Origin: Psammoneis japonica
Lineage: Eukaryota
Length of the DNA stretch: 64,000 nucleotides
Direction: 5' to 3'
NCBI GenBank assembly: GCA_008632985.1
Contig: QPGO01000108.1
Coordinates: forward strand, 114,476-178,475
The notes under the pieces: generated by a model
Told to the model about the DNA's origin: nothing
Seen by the model: the letters and a program-made list of their open reading frames with translations, nothing else
The model's database searches: none
Part shown: positions 36,830 through 48,975 of the stretch, piece after piece
How the letters are laid out: every line of letters starts with the position of its first letter
Numbering within the stretch: the stretch's first letter is position 1
Made by a program: the position numbers and the translations under genes

Positions 36830-36872
<43 letters not shown>

Positions 36873-36956
36873 AAGTTGACTTGAATTGAGTTGATCCAAT
36901 CAACCCGTCTGTCCTTTTTCGGATCTTTTTAACGCAACAACGCCCGCCGCACGTCA

Positions 36957-37028
36957 ACAACAACAGCCGGCCGCTGATGAAGCCACCGCAAAAGTCTCAT
37001 TCTCCTGACTTCGGCCAATGTTGTTGTG
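36957..37028 (+). ncRNA. Type I hammerhead ribozyme motif with perfect stem I (GGCCG/CGGCC)
   Basis: GGCCG-CTGATGA (36974)-AGCCACCGC-AAAA-GTC..GAC-TT-CGGCC; only G12 is lost (CG->CA). Confidence 0.68.
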
Positions 37029-37267
37029 CCTGCTGTCACTGAAATGGTTGGACAAACATCCAATTGAGCAGCTCCACCTCAGCTGCTTGTGTCGCCATTG
37101 TCACATTTGACAGAAAATTGGCTTTGCCAATTGTGGCTGTTCATTCGAGAGAGAGAGAGAGAGAGAGCAAGCAGTGAACTGACTTGAAAAAACAATCAAT
37201 CTAATCTCAACTTGCCTGTCCTCCACCACCACATGGATCTTTTCAATGCAACAACCTCAACCACATC

Positions 37268-37338
37268 AACAACAACAGCCAGCTGCTGATGAAGCCACCA
37301 CAAAAGTCTCACTCCTGACTTTGGCCAACATTGTTGTG
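37268..37338 (+). ncRNA. Type I hammerhead ribozyme motif (degenerate)
   Basis: CTGATGA at 37286; GAAA box decayed. Confidence 0.55.
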
Positions 37339-39193
37339 CCTGCTGTTTGTCAAAACAGTTGGACAAATGTTCGCACTGGTGGCTCCACCTTGGCTGCTGT
37401 CATCATCTGTTTGTCACATTGTTTGATGGAGAATCGGCTGCACTGATTCTGTTCATTTGTTCAAGAGAGAGAGGAAGCATGCACCACATTTCTGAAAGCA
37501 AGCCAAGTGCCTTTTGTGACAGCCAATGCTGCCACAGGGCACAAGCAACAAGGGGCCAGAGCAGTGTCTGCCATCTGTTTGTCCACAGCTGGAGCCACAT
37601 CCAAAGCTGGGTGTGTGCAAGACTGTCCAGAGTTGAGGCCGCCAGGGGGATGTCTCAGCCTTTGCAAGAACAATGCCTGCTGCTAAAAAAAGAGATCACA
37701 GCAGGCCCTTTTTTGTGTCAGAAGGACACAAGGCCCTTGCCTGGTTGATGAGAGGGCAAAGAGTGGCGTGCTTCTCTGTGGAAGACTGCAGAGAGGTGCC
37801 AGGCTGGAAACAAGATTGGCTTGGAGTGATGCTGCACAGTCATGCTCTAGCTTGTCCAGGTGGGGGCCCAAATTGCTGGACTGCTGAGCTTTGCATTTTT
37901 TGACAACCCAGTGCAAAAAGCATGCACACCTCTGTGCAAAGCTTTGAGTCATTTTGCACCAGTTTGCAGTGCAACTCAACAACATTTTTTGCCCTGCTGT
38001 GTTCTCTGACATCTGCAGAGGAGAGTGCAGCCATGCACACAAAGTTTCCAAAACTTCAAGCATGGAGAGGTGCTAAAGTCTGAAGTTGTGCCACAAAAGT
38101 GGCTGTCAATTTCCACTGCAGAAGGCAAATGCATTCATTGCCTGGTGTGTTGTGAGCTGGAGAGCTTTGTGCAGAGTTCAGTGTGAGGGTGTGGTGTGAA
38201 GCAAAGCTGAAAAACTCCTCTTTTTTCCAAAAAATGTGAAATTTTCCATTCACCCAACACATCAACAGCAAGCAGCAGTTCTCAGAAATTGGCCAAATGT
38301 CTGAGCTTTGTGAGCTCAGCTTGTGACTGCAAGCAGGCAAGACATGACAACACAGCCAAATCAACAACAGCAGCAGTTTGCTCATTTGTGGCTTTGTCAT
38401 GTGTTGCCATGTGAGGCAGCTTTTGATGGCCTCTTCCCACACCCATTGTGTCTCCACTTGTGGCCACGACAACAAGGCAATGAGAAAACAAACACACCGC
38501 GCATCAGCAGCCACATGGCTTGTCAATGTCATTTGTGAAGAAGCTTGGACAAACCTGGAAGACTGCTGCAAAGCTGTGCACAACAGGAGCTTGTGACATG
38601 ACAACATGTGCTGCGTTCACAACCATTCTGTGCTCAAGCCTGTGACTTTTGGGTGTCGTTGATGCCTTTGCTTGACAGAATGACACTTTCAAGACAATCT
38701 GTTGTGCAAGCTCCCTCAATCACACTGTCCAGTCTTGAGCCACCATCTCCTTCTCAATCCTGGCTTGAGTGCCCCTTCTGCCAGCCCTTGCTCCAGTCTG
38801 GCCACCGCAAAAGAAGAGAAGAAGCTTCTGCATCAAGGGCACCAACGAGCTGCTTGCGAGCCTGTCATGACCACCTGCTGAGTCACAGTGGAGCACACAT
38901 CATTCCCTTTGCTCTGTTGAGGACCACCATGGCTCCTCATCCCTTGGAAGCTTCGCCCACCAACTTCTCTTCAGCCAGCTCTCTGCTCTCTTCTTTAATG
39001 AGCCGTCTGCCAGTCCCTTCGTGTGTACGGTAACCAAAATGCCTTGCCAGCAGCAACGCAGCGGCACGGGGCGCGCACAAACCAAGACCATTGCGAACTC
39101 CGAACTGCGAACCCCATCATACCGGCATCTTGGATCTCTCTGTGTTCGCATCCCCCCAAAACAACAAAACAATCCATTCCATCCCTGCTGACT

Positions 39194-40185
39194 ATGAAGC
39201 TCCCCTCGTCTTTAATCTTCTTGCTGGCTCTTGTCGCCGCGTCCTCCACAAACGCTCATCCTAGCTTTGTGGTTAGCCATCGCGCCAAGACAACGCTCCC
39301 GCCGTCGACAACGGCAAAGGCTCTTTCGGTCCGCGGTGGCGCAAGCATTGACAAGGATGCCGTAGCCACCTACGCCGAAACCTTCATTGGAATCTATTCT
39401 GGATTGTCGGCTCTGGCTCCCAAAAAAGTTGCTTCCCTCTACAAGATCCAGTCCACTCCCATCCTTGACTTTATTGGTGTCAACGATGCGACATGCACTG
39501 TAGGTTACAATCTTTGCACGCATCTTGCGATATGTGCTTCTCAGTCTCTCACTCTTTCTATACACTCCCATCAAAAAAGTACATGGGCTCCATCATGTGG
39601 TTCCTCCTGGCCAAGAAGGACATGAGCGTCCCCAAAGCGATTGCCATTGGATGCGCCCCCCTCTTCTTGAGAAGCCTTCAGTCACTCTTGAACGATAAGC
39701 CCAAAGAGTACAATTACTCTTCCGTCGCCGACTATGTGAACCTGGCCATCCCTTCGGTGATTGCCTTTGGCGCATGGAAGGACACGAGCTGGGCGGATCT
39801 TCCTTGTAAAGTCATGGCCGGATGGGCATTGCTCAATGGAATTCTTCTCTTTTTCACTCCCGAATTCTTTGGCAAGGTCTATGGTACACCCAAGTATGAG
39901 ACTGTGCACTACGCCTACCGCCGCATGTATGGCCTGGATTTGTGCTCTCTGGCGCTCTTTCTCTGGTTGGTCCTCTTGGAAGTGGATACGAATCAGGCAC
40001 TTGGGTATGCCTGGTTGGCGGAAATGGCTGGCATGGCCTCCATGACGTTCATTACCAAGGATTTTCCCAACGTTGGTTGTGATTATGCCTCACTCGTGCC
40101 CTGGGTTGTTCTCTGTGGCTTGGTGAGCGGAGCTCTCTTGCTTCCTGGCGGAGAAACAACTGTTACTTCGGACGCTACCGTGTAA
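39194..40185 (+). CDS. Multi-pass membrane protein of unknown function with signal peptide and RGG leader, 2 exons
   Basis: MKLPSSLIFLLALVAASS..LSVRGG; intron 39500-39579 (GTAGGT..AAG) joins the frames; several hydrophobic helices; the two halves resemble each other (LAPKKVASLY vs FTPEFFGKVY). Confidence 0.8.
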
Positions 40186-41102
40186 GGCCAAGTACGGTGG
40201 TTAGAGCTAAAGATAACGACCATGGCAGGCCTACCTTGTGGCTATGCGCTGTAGCAGGTTTTAATAATAATGCAAAAGTCACTGTAGATGCTGCTTCATA
40301 CCCGACTTTGTACTTGGTGTTCAGAGAACAAAGCACGGCCGTGTGTTCACTGCTGTTAGAAACTGAGGGCCATTTCCAACAATAAAGCGCTAATTGCTGG
40401 TTTTAGTGTATGATTGTCATGGATGGTGGAAATCTCAATACCCGACGCGACTTGAATTCCGTACTTTGGTCATTTCTGGGTTGCAAAACCGCAATGGTGA
40501 ACATCGTACGTTTACAGTACTGTGAGTTCTAGAACGACTTGCGATGAGGTGTATGAATGCATTCGGCAGCTGGCTTGTATTGACGATCGAATCGATGCCT
40601 ACCTCCTCAAAACCCCGACAACACGGCATGATCTGACAAATTCGATTAGGCGCATGTGTGCCTCTCAACTTGAAATGTTTGTCACGTGCTTTGTTCACTT
40701 GCAACCGTGTACTTCAGCTTTGGCATCTCATAGTTCAGACCACCTTTACACGAATCTTTTAACAACCCGTTTTTGTGTCTATGACCAACTAGCTAGAAAA
40801 CGCTGGCTTCTTCTGGCAAAAAATGTCTTCTGAAATTGAAAATTCAAAATGGCGCTATCCTCTCCCACCGCGAACCAACCAGTGGGTTCGCTGCGCGAAA
40901 TCGCGCTGTGCATGACGCAAGTGGTCTGGGCGCGCCAAAAACGACCCGAGATGGACGCGGGTGAAAATGTAAGCAAATGACGAGACATCTAAAAAACGTC
41001 ACATCAGTCGATGCAGCAACGTTTGCTTGACGCAATGCACACTTTACTTTAGAAGTTCACTTAATTCTTTGATGCCAATCGGAAACGACAGGCCCTTTTT
41101 AA

Positions 41103-41610
41103 CCCTTCAACCACCACGGAGCAAATCTCCACGGGCGGAGATTTGCTCTGCTCAAGGAATTGTGAGGTGTCATGCATTCATGCAATGATGCAATGAACAT
41201 GTTATAAAAATGTCACATCATGTACAATCTACGTAAAACACACCACAGGCATTTTCAATTTGCTTGTTGCGAGCAAATCTCCACACCGGCGGAGATTTGC
41301 TCCAAGGGTGTGGCATTCACTGCTCTGTTGTGACAGCAACACATCACAAATTTCATTGTCAAAGGTTAAGATTTAGTTCCTCTCTGTTCATGGATGAAGC
41401 ATGCAAAAAACCCAGTGTCAAAAGTCGACATTGAACTTTCTAAATTGCAGAAATGGCCCCCCAGAGAGCGCTCGGCGAATGCGCACTCCAAAACAAAATC
41501 GCGCAGATCCTTTGTCACTCACATCTGAAAGTGTTGTGTTCATTGCATTTGTGACACAAGTGAGCAAATCTCCACCCATGGAGATTTGCTCAAGTCTGGT
41601 GGTTGAAGGG
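41103..41610. mobile_element. piggyBac-like MITE with three internal palindromes
   Basis: TTAA|CCCTTCAACCACC at 41103-41115 with inverse GGTGGTTGAAGGG at 41598-41610; GAGCAAATCTCC-N6/8-GGAGATTTGCTC at 41119, 41271 and 41562; the right flank is CCAA, not TTAA. Confidence 0.7.
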
Positions 41611-44600
41611 CCAAAAGACATTTTCAGCACCGAAAATGTGTCACTGGGCCCAAAATTTCAAAACCTCGTTTTGCTCTGCTCGATCGCCAGGCGAGACAAG
41701 TGTGAGATTTCATGGGCAGCATCACTCCCTCCAAGAGGTGACAGCAAGTTGCAGATGTTCTTGTCATTTTTCACACTTTTTGCACTTGGCAGCAGCTGCA
41801 TTTCTGCACAACAATGCCCCGTGCCCGACAACAACAAGGAACATGTTCTTGCGAGAGTTTTTGGAGCTGACAAGTGTTTTTTGGGGTCAAGTTGCAAAAT
41901 GAGCAATTGCACAATGTGGCACTCATCTGTTGTGTGCATGAATTTTTCTGACAGCACCACTTTGACATTCCACCAGATGCTCCAAAGAGCTCTGGTGTGC
42001 GCTGATGAGCGCCTCCCTGAAAAAGGTGAGAGCGGGGCAAACTTTTGAGGACAAAAAGCACTGTTTTGTGCTCACACCATTGCCAGGTCAACCACAACAT
42101 CCATCTGTTACATGCCCCTTGTTTCTTTCTGATGCCATGTCACCGTTGTTTGTTTTTTGCATCAGATGAGGCCCCAAAGAGTTCTGGCATGGTGCCAGAA
42201 GACAAGTGCCCCCCCCCCCCAAACAAGGTCAAAGCAGAGCAAACTTTTGAAAGTGGCAAGTGTTGTTTTGAGCTGGTGCCATGTCATTCAGTGTCAAATG
42301 CCCCAAAGAGCTCTGGTGTGCATTGGGAGATGAGCACCCCCTTGCTGAGGTGAAAGCTGAGCTCCCTGCAACTGAGGTGAAAGTTGAGGCAGCATTGCTT
42401 CCAGAGGACAATGTGACTGAAGATGATGCCAATGTGGAGCAGTGTGGCCATGGCTCCAATCCATGTGTGACCATTGAGTGCTGTGGCTGCATTGTTGGCC
42501 TTGGCAAAAGAAGCATGAGTCTGTGTTGGGCAAGACCAACAAAGAAATTGGGCTCAAGTTGTGCCAGGAGGCCACCAGATTTGTTCATGGCTGCCTGGGA
42601 AAAGGAGATCATGAGTGCCTTCCTCTGCACATTGCAGGTGCAATTCATGTGAGGTTTCCTGATGTCACCCGCATGTGCTTCAAACCCAAGCAGACTTTTG
42701 TCCATGCACACATGAGACAGCCTTCAATTCAGCAGCATGCATTGCTTTTAAACTCCACCAAAAGTTCTTGGACAGGCACCAGAGTGTGAAATGCATGAAG
42801 ATGGAACAGCGTGCGTGTGTGCATCACACAGCAGACAATTTGTCCACACACTTCAACCTCTGGCATGACACCTCGCCACATGTTTGCAGCACTGTGTGAG
42901 CTCTAGAAAGACTTGCTGCAAGGTGCATGACTGAGTGCATTCAGCAGCTTGCTTGTGTTGATGGTCAGCTCTCAAGATGACACCCTCACCCACAAAAGCA
43001 TGGCATGACATTTTTTGACAATTTTGACCAGGAGGCTGCATGTTGGGCCTCTCAAGGGGGGCCATCCCAGTGTTTGTCCTAAAATTGCCATGGCAGTTGA
43101 ACAAAGTTTTTTGTGATGTTTGTTTTGATTGCAAAAATCACTCTTGTTCACACCCAATCATGCACAAAAATGAGAACATCAGGCACAGGGCCCACGATTG
43201 AAGCACGACAATCATCAACGTTTCTGTGGGGGGTCCACAAGGACCTTTGGCGTGCACAAGGAACACAAAACAAACAAGAGTTTGTGGATGCCCCCCCCCC
43301 CCTCTGTGTCACAGGCTTCTGGTTTGCTGTTTCCACCACAGTGAAGCATGGCAAAGTTCAAGAAAATCATGCGAGTCAGCCACAAGCCATTGGGCCAAAA
43401 AATGCCCCCCTCAACTCAATGTTTTTGAGGGGCACACTGGCCACTTGCAAACATGTGCTTTGGCTTTCACACCTCATCTTTCAGACTGCCCTCACACAAG
43501 TCTCATTGACAAGCTGTGACCCCTTGCAGCCATGACCAACTCAGGTTGTTGGGCACCTCTGCGGTGGCAGCAGGGCACCAAAACTTTTTGCTGCTCTGGT
43601 GTGGCAGCATTGGGGGAGCTGGTGGAGGTGCTTCAACTGTTTTGCTTTTTTGACATGAACAGTGTCTCTGCTGCTTCATGTGCTGTGTGGCCTCTTTGAG
43701 GAGCCAACAAAGCTGCCAATGACATGGGTGGGACCTCACAAATGCCCCCCCCGGGGCACCAAGTCCTCATTGTCATTTGGTGAAATTCTTGCCAGCATTG
43801 GATCTAAAATGCACAGTCAAGGCTGCCACTGCATTGACATGACTGCAACCTCCAGCAGCTTTGTTGGCTTCAAGGACAAATGCTGAGCCTCAGAAAGCTG
43901 CAAAAAGGGCAGCAGTCTAAAAGTCAAAAGTGAAAAGAATTGCTTGAAAAGGCTTCAAAATTGCACCAATTGTGGTGCCAATTCCAGGCAATCTGCCAGC
44001 AATCAAGGGCCTGCCAATGTTGTGCAGCGCAGAGCACACACACTGTGTCTCAGCTCAAGGTTTCGTGTTGGGAGCCATGTGAGCATGGGAAGTGGTGTTG
44101 TGATGCCGACACAACTGAAAAAACAGCCTGCCTGTCAATGCAGAAAAACCTGCACAAAATGAGAAAACTCCCCCCCCCCCCAGCTGATGGCCATTTCAAC
44201 AGAAAAGCAAAAGTGGCCAGCAGCTGCAACAAACTCAGTCTGGCTGTGGTCATGGGGAAAAATTGTCCCACAAATTTGGGGCCCTTTTGAACAACCAAGT
44301 TTGGTTTGGGCTGCTCAGAGATTGTTGGGAGACTTGGCAAGAAATGCATTGTTTAATCAAAGGGGCACCATCATGATGAGAAATTTGCACTGTGCCCTCC
44401 CTGTCTCCTCTCTGACTGGATTTTGACTGTTTTTGAGGTGAGCATTTGCCCTGACTGCTGCAGGCTGAGGGCACACAAAATCATCAAATTGTTGACGAGA
44501 TTTGCACACACACACACAGTTCGGTGATCATCTCACAAGATTTTTGGTGTGACCATGGGTGCAATCTTTAAAAAACATTTGTGGCTGCTTGCTTGGGAGG

Positions 44601-45000
44601 AGACTCTGCAAACTTCACAAAAAATGTGTTGCTTGCTGCGGACATCAGAGAGAGAGAGAGAGAAAAAGAGAGAGCAGGAGTTTTGGCGATGATGGCAGCA
44701 CATCTGCTGACTTGCACCACCCAGGTGGACCAGGTGCCCAGCAAAATGCTGATTTGTTCATGAGGCCAGCTCCACACACTGCACACTGTGCCAGCAGTGT
44801 CAGAAGGAGTGGTGCATGCCACAAGCAAGAGAAGCGCCGCGCTGGCAGCGCGTCGTGTGTGATCTCCAAACACTGGGTGCACACAGCACATGGAAATGAA
44901 AAGGGCACCCATAGAGCCACAGGGCAAGCTCAGCCCATTCAATCAAAAGGTGTTGCAACATGTGATGTGCCGAAAGGAAGGTGTGTGCTCATGTGCGTTG
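41611..45000. repeat. Hypermutated (TA/CG-depleted) repeat-derived sequence, unclassified; includes a P2X7-ballast-like domain remnant at about 42430-42695
   Basis: Composition; TNKEIGLKLCQEATRFVHGCLGKG..LPLHI..AIHVRFPD reverts to (Y)..(Y)G(Y)LGKG.R..LP..I...FP. Confidence 0.55.
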
Positions 45001-45318
45001 CTTCTCTGCACTTCCACGACACCTTGCGATGAAAGTGCGCATGTTATGTGGGCGCTTGTATGGTGAGACGGTAGAATTCAACGCGAGTGACGTTTGCCGC
45101 GTCAGTCGATCGTTCAATCTCAAAAATCAAAAATCTGGAATCTTTGACACACGACAGACACACGACGATTGATTCATTCATTCGCATCGTGTTCTGATGT
45201 GCTTTTGATGCTGAGTGATCTCCTCATTCTGTTGTCGCTGCTAGTAGTAGAGGTACAAGTCAGCGCCACTGTGTTCAGAGGCGTATTTGCTGTTAAAAAA
45301 AATCGAGGAGCTTCAAAA

Positions 45319-46688
45319 ATGAGTGGTAAAGTCAATGTTCTCATGGTTGGTACAGGCGAGTACACCACGGGTTATGTCGGAGGGACGGCGGCGGACAGCG
45401 ACAAGGGTGCGGGTGTCGTCGCCTTGACCATGTTTGACCTTCGTAGGAGAGAAAAGGTGGACCGCGTCGGTATGTGCGGGGTAAACGTGAGTTATTCGTT
45501 TGTAGTTCTTTCCTATGTCCATGTCAGGAGGCGTGCAATCTCTCAACACATCTTTCGGTTGAAACTGCCACCATACTCTAACTCGTACTTCAGGGCAAAA
45601 AGTTCCCTGGTATTCGCAATCACATGCAGAAGAACATTGGCGACGTTTACGCCGATATGGATCTAACGTGCGATACATTTCCTGGCGACGATGAAGTTAA
45701 ACCTAACGCATTTCTTGATGCTGCCGCTTCGTTTCAACCGGGAGACGTCGCTGTGATCTTCACCCCCGACGATACGCACTTTAAGATTGCCATGGCCTGT
45801 GTGGAGCGTGGTATGCACGTTATGGTGACGAAACCAATTGTTCAAACGTTGGAGTCTCATCAGGAACTTGCTCGGGCAGCCAGGGAAAAGGGCGTATTGG
45901 TTGCGGTGGAAGTTCACAAGCGTTTGGATCCGTTTTACGCAGACGCTCGAGACAGAGCCAGGTCGACACTGGGAAACTTCCAATACATGTATGCCTACAT
46001 GTCTCAGCCAAAGCATCAACTCGAAACGTTCAAGGCGTGGGCAGGAAAGTCGTCTGATATTTCGTACTACCTCAATTCTCACCATGTCGATTTGAGTGAA
46101 TGGACCTTGGCAGGCATTGCACGTCCCATTCGCGTCACTGCGACTGGATCCACAGGTGTAGCAAAGGCTCGAGACATGGACACGGAGGACTCCATCACCT
46201 TGACTGTGCAATGGGAGAATTTTAGCGACAGGTCTCTTGGTTGTGCTGTCTATACTTCGTCATGGGTGGCTCCCAAGAGTGATGTGCATTCCCAGCAACG
46301 ATTCTTCTATATGGGAACAAAGGGCGAGATCAATGTTGACCAGGCACACCGTGGATGCACCCTTGCCACGGATGATGCTCCGTTTGCCTCGGTGAATCCC
46401 CTCTTTATGAAGTACACCCCTACCAACGGCAAATTCTCAGGACAGAGCGCCTATGGAGTCAAGAGCTTTGAAAACTTTATTGACGCCTGTCGCGCAATCA
46501 ACGCTGGAGCCGCAACAGCTGATGATTACAATGACGGTTCTCTTGCTACCGTTCACACAACCATGCAAGGAACAGCTATTTTGGAAGCTGGAAGAAGGAG
46601 TTTGGATAGTGATGGACGTCCCATGGATATTTTGTATGAGGAAGAGAACGGAGAGCATCCTGTTGGAATCTTGCCACATGCGTTCTGA
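45319..46688 (+). CDS. Gfo/Idh/MocA-family NAD(P)-dependent oxidoreductase (galacturonate reductase-like), 2 exons
   Basis: [41 protein letters not shown]; intron 45487-45593. Confidence 0.92.
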
Positions 46689-47586
46689 GTCCTCGTCACT
46701 TGCAGTGATTGACTTACCCCGCAATGGAAATAAGGTCAAATTTTATGGATCCATATTCTAGTACTTATAGGTTAGACTACTGAATGTATGGCTTTCTTTT
46801 TGACCAGAGACAGCATGAAGAACGAAGCCTCAGGTCGGCAGTAAGAATAACCTACTGCATCTCTGAATCAAAAGAGAGAAAAAATGTTGCCGTAGTTGTT
46901 AGTATTGTCAGACATATATCTCTCTTGTTCCGTGACAGCTTGGCGTTCTCATCGCAAATGCAACTTCTTTCCCATTTTCTTTTTTTGATCTTCGCTTTTT
47001 GTTCCTCGCCGGCCGATCGGTCATCGATTTTGTTCCTCGTTCTCGCTTCGTTCTTCACGTTCTCTGCGCGGCTGCCCATCAAATCATGGTGGAATGAGGA
47101 ATTCTTTGACTGTCCAATGTAATCGTAAAATAGAACTTAGTACAAAAGCTGTGCAGGATCCAACCAGTCATGAATTTCGGAGAAATTCGCCAACCAATAG
47201 AAATTCCTTCTTATATTATCCCTCATTCTCCTAAAGCAATCATAAATGAACTTCAACTAGGGAGTGTACCTAGTATTAAAGGCTCATGTAAGTAGAATTT
47301 TACGTTGAGATTGTACGAGATCCGTTGACACCCGCCAAAAGCAAGATCAACGAAGTGCCAGAGTTTTGTTTTCTGTACTGATTCCTACGTAGCCTTTACG
47401 GTACCAAAATAACGCTCGTGTGACACCGTAAAGATGTCTCCAACCGCCAATCTCATTATTTCATTTTCTCATTTCTCTTGACACTCGACGCCAAACAAGC
47501 AGCCACAAACCATACCATAACGCTGCTCCATCTTATAATGAGCTACTACGGTCAATTGTCATAGCAGTTTCAGATACACCAGCATC

Positions 47587-48345
47587 ATGACGAATCCCCC
47601 TTTTTCTCCACCTCGGCGAGTAATTTTTCCATCGCTACATACTCGCCATCTCAGAGTACCTCCGATGGAAGGCCCTCAAAATCCATCACCAGCTGACAAC
47701 GCCTTGTCAGAATCAAATGAACCTCAACAGCAACACGATTCATCCGTTGAATCTTCAGTGAGTAAGAATCTTGAATCACCAGCTTTGCCAGATTCAGAGA
47801 ACACATCATGTTGTTGTCATGATACCCACAAGGCACCTCTACCGTCTGCACTTCGCTCCTCCTCCAAGCCCAACCACACCAAACACGTTGTCTGGTCTGA
47901 TTGCAGCGATAATAAGGAGGAAGAGGATTCTTTGCCGAGGCTCGCTTCCATTCGAGAAGATGAGAGCACTGACAGTGAGTTTTCCGAGGACTCATCCATG
48001 ACAACCGAGTCGCGCGTAAAGTTTGATCCTCGGGTTTGGGTTTGTGAGTTTGAACGTGATCCGCAAGAGAGCGAGAAAACATTTTTCTCCGCCGCGAAAA
48101 TGGAACGCTTCAAGAAACAAGCTCTTTTCGAATATACTTTCACGCTGTACGACAGGAGCAGTTCATCGCCACGGGGACGGGCAGAGTTGTTCGAAGAAAA
48201 GTTCAGATTCCTACGAGAGCGCTCTTTACAAATCCGGCGCTTGCCATGTACGATGAGGACGAAGCTGCCCCCGAAGAAGTGACGAAAAAGGGGTACGAGG
48301 AAACGCCTTGCTTTCCGCAATTGGTAAAGTTTGGGAGCTTGTAAG
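47587..48345 (+). pseudogene. Hypothetical protein, apparently frameshifted and truncated
   Basis: Ser/acidic N-terminus with RVKFDPRVWVCEF; a more protein-like continuation (FIATGTGRVV..ALFTNPAL) lies in another frame after about 48130-48160. Confidence 0.45.
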
Positions 48346-48975
48346 CATCAAAGGCATTTCCTAAAATAGATTTTTATACAGGATTACATCGCGAAGTCAC
48401 ACCTACCTGATGCACCTATTACCTGGTCCACCTATTACATGGTGCACCTAGGGCTATACTGTAGGTAGAGGTAGGGCCTACCGGTAGTGCCAAACAAACG
48501 CTTCTCATCTTAGTTGGGAGGAGGAGCTTAATAACCGTGATATAGGGCTAGTGCCTACTAGAGGAGAACCGAGGAGCCAGGCAGGACAGTTGGGTGACGT
48601 CGATTGTTCCCACAACCTTACCAGCAAGTTTGAATGGGTACAGCTTGCTACCGTATGCGTATGTAACAATGACTCGTAACGGGAGCTCACCTTTTGCACA
48701 AGCAACACTCTTTTACTTTAGGCAAAACTTGTTAAGGCCCAGAAGTGAAGGGATCTTGGCAATCACGAATCGTTCTCGGCAATTGGCACTGGCTGTCACG
48801 GCTATTGTCCTTTTTTGTCGCAGTTGCAGATAGCGTTAAGCTCTTGATCATTGACTGCCTCCTCGTGGACCGTATGTGACGTCCCGACATTGGACCTACC
48901 GACAGTAATCGGCTACGCAGTCGAAGATACCTAAGTCTACAAGTGGAGAACACTGTAAGCTTCAAGCACTTGCAT

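Larger units (their letters stand above)
36465..37480 (+). mobile_element. PLE 3' fragment plus two hammerhead modules with (GA)n
   Basis: 36467-37165 aligns closely to 20800-21490; (GA)n at 36833, 37147 and 37464. Confidence 0.88.

Noticed and set aside
21164..37480. Telomeric repeats at the PLE junctions
   Set aside because: No TTAGGG-type tandem repeat, or clear mutated derivative, was found; junctions are (GA)n and (TTCG)n.
19200..39000. Classical fungal RIP or CpG deamination alone as the cause of the composition
   Set aside because: RIP enriches TA and depletes CA, the reverse of what is seen; CpG decay cannot convert TAC to TGC or CAC.
1..45000. Many 60-300 aa Cys/His-rich ORFs as real genes or zinc fingers
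   Set aside because: They overlap in all frames, lack Tyr and arise from erased TAA/TAG stops.
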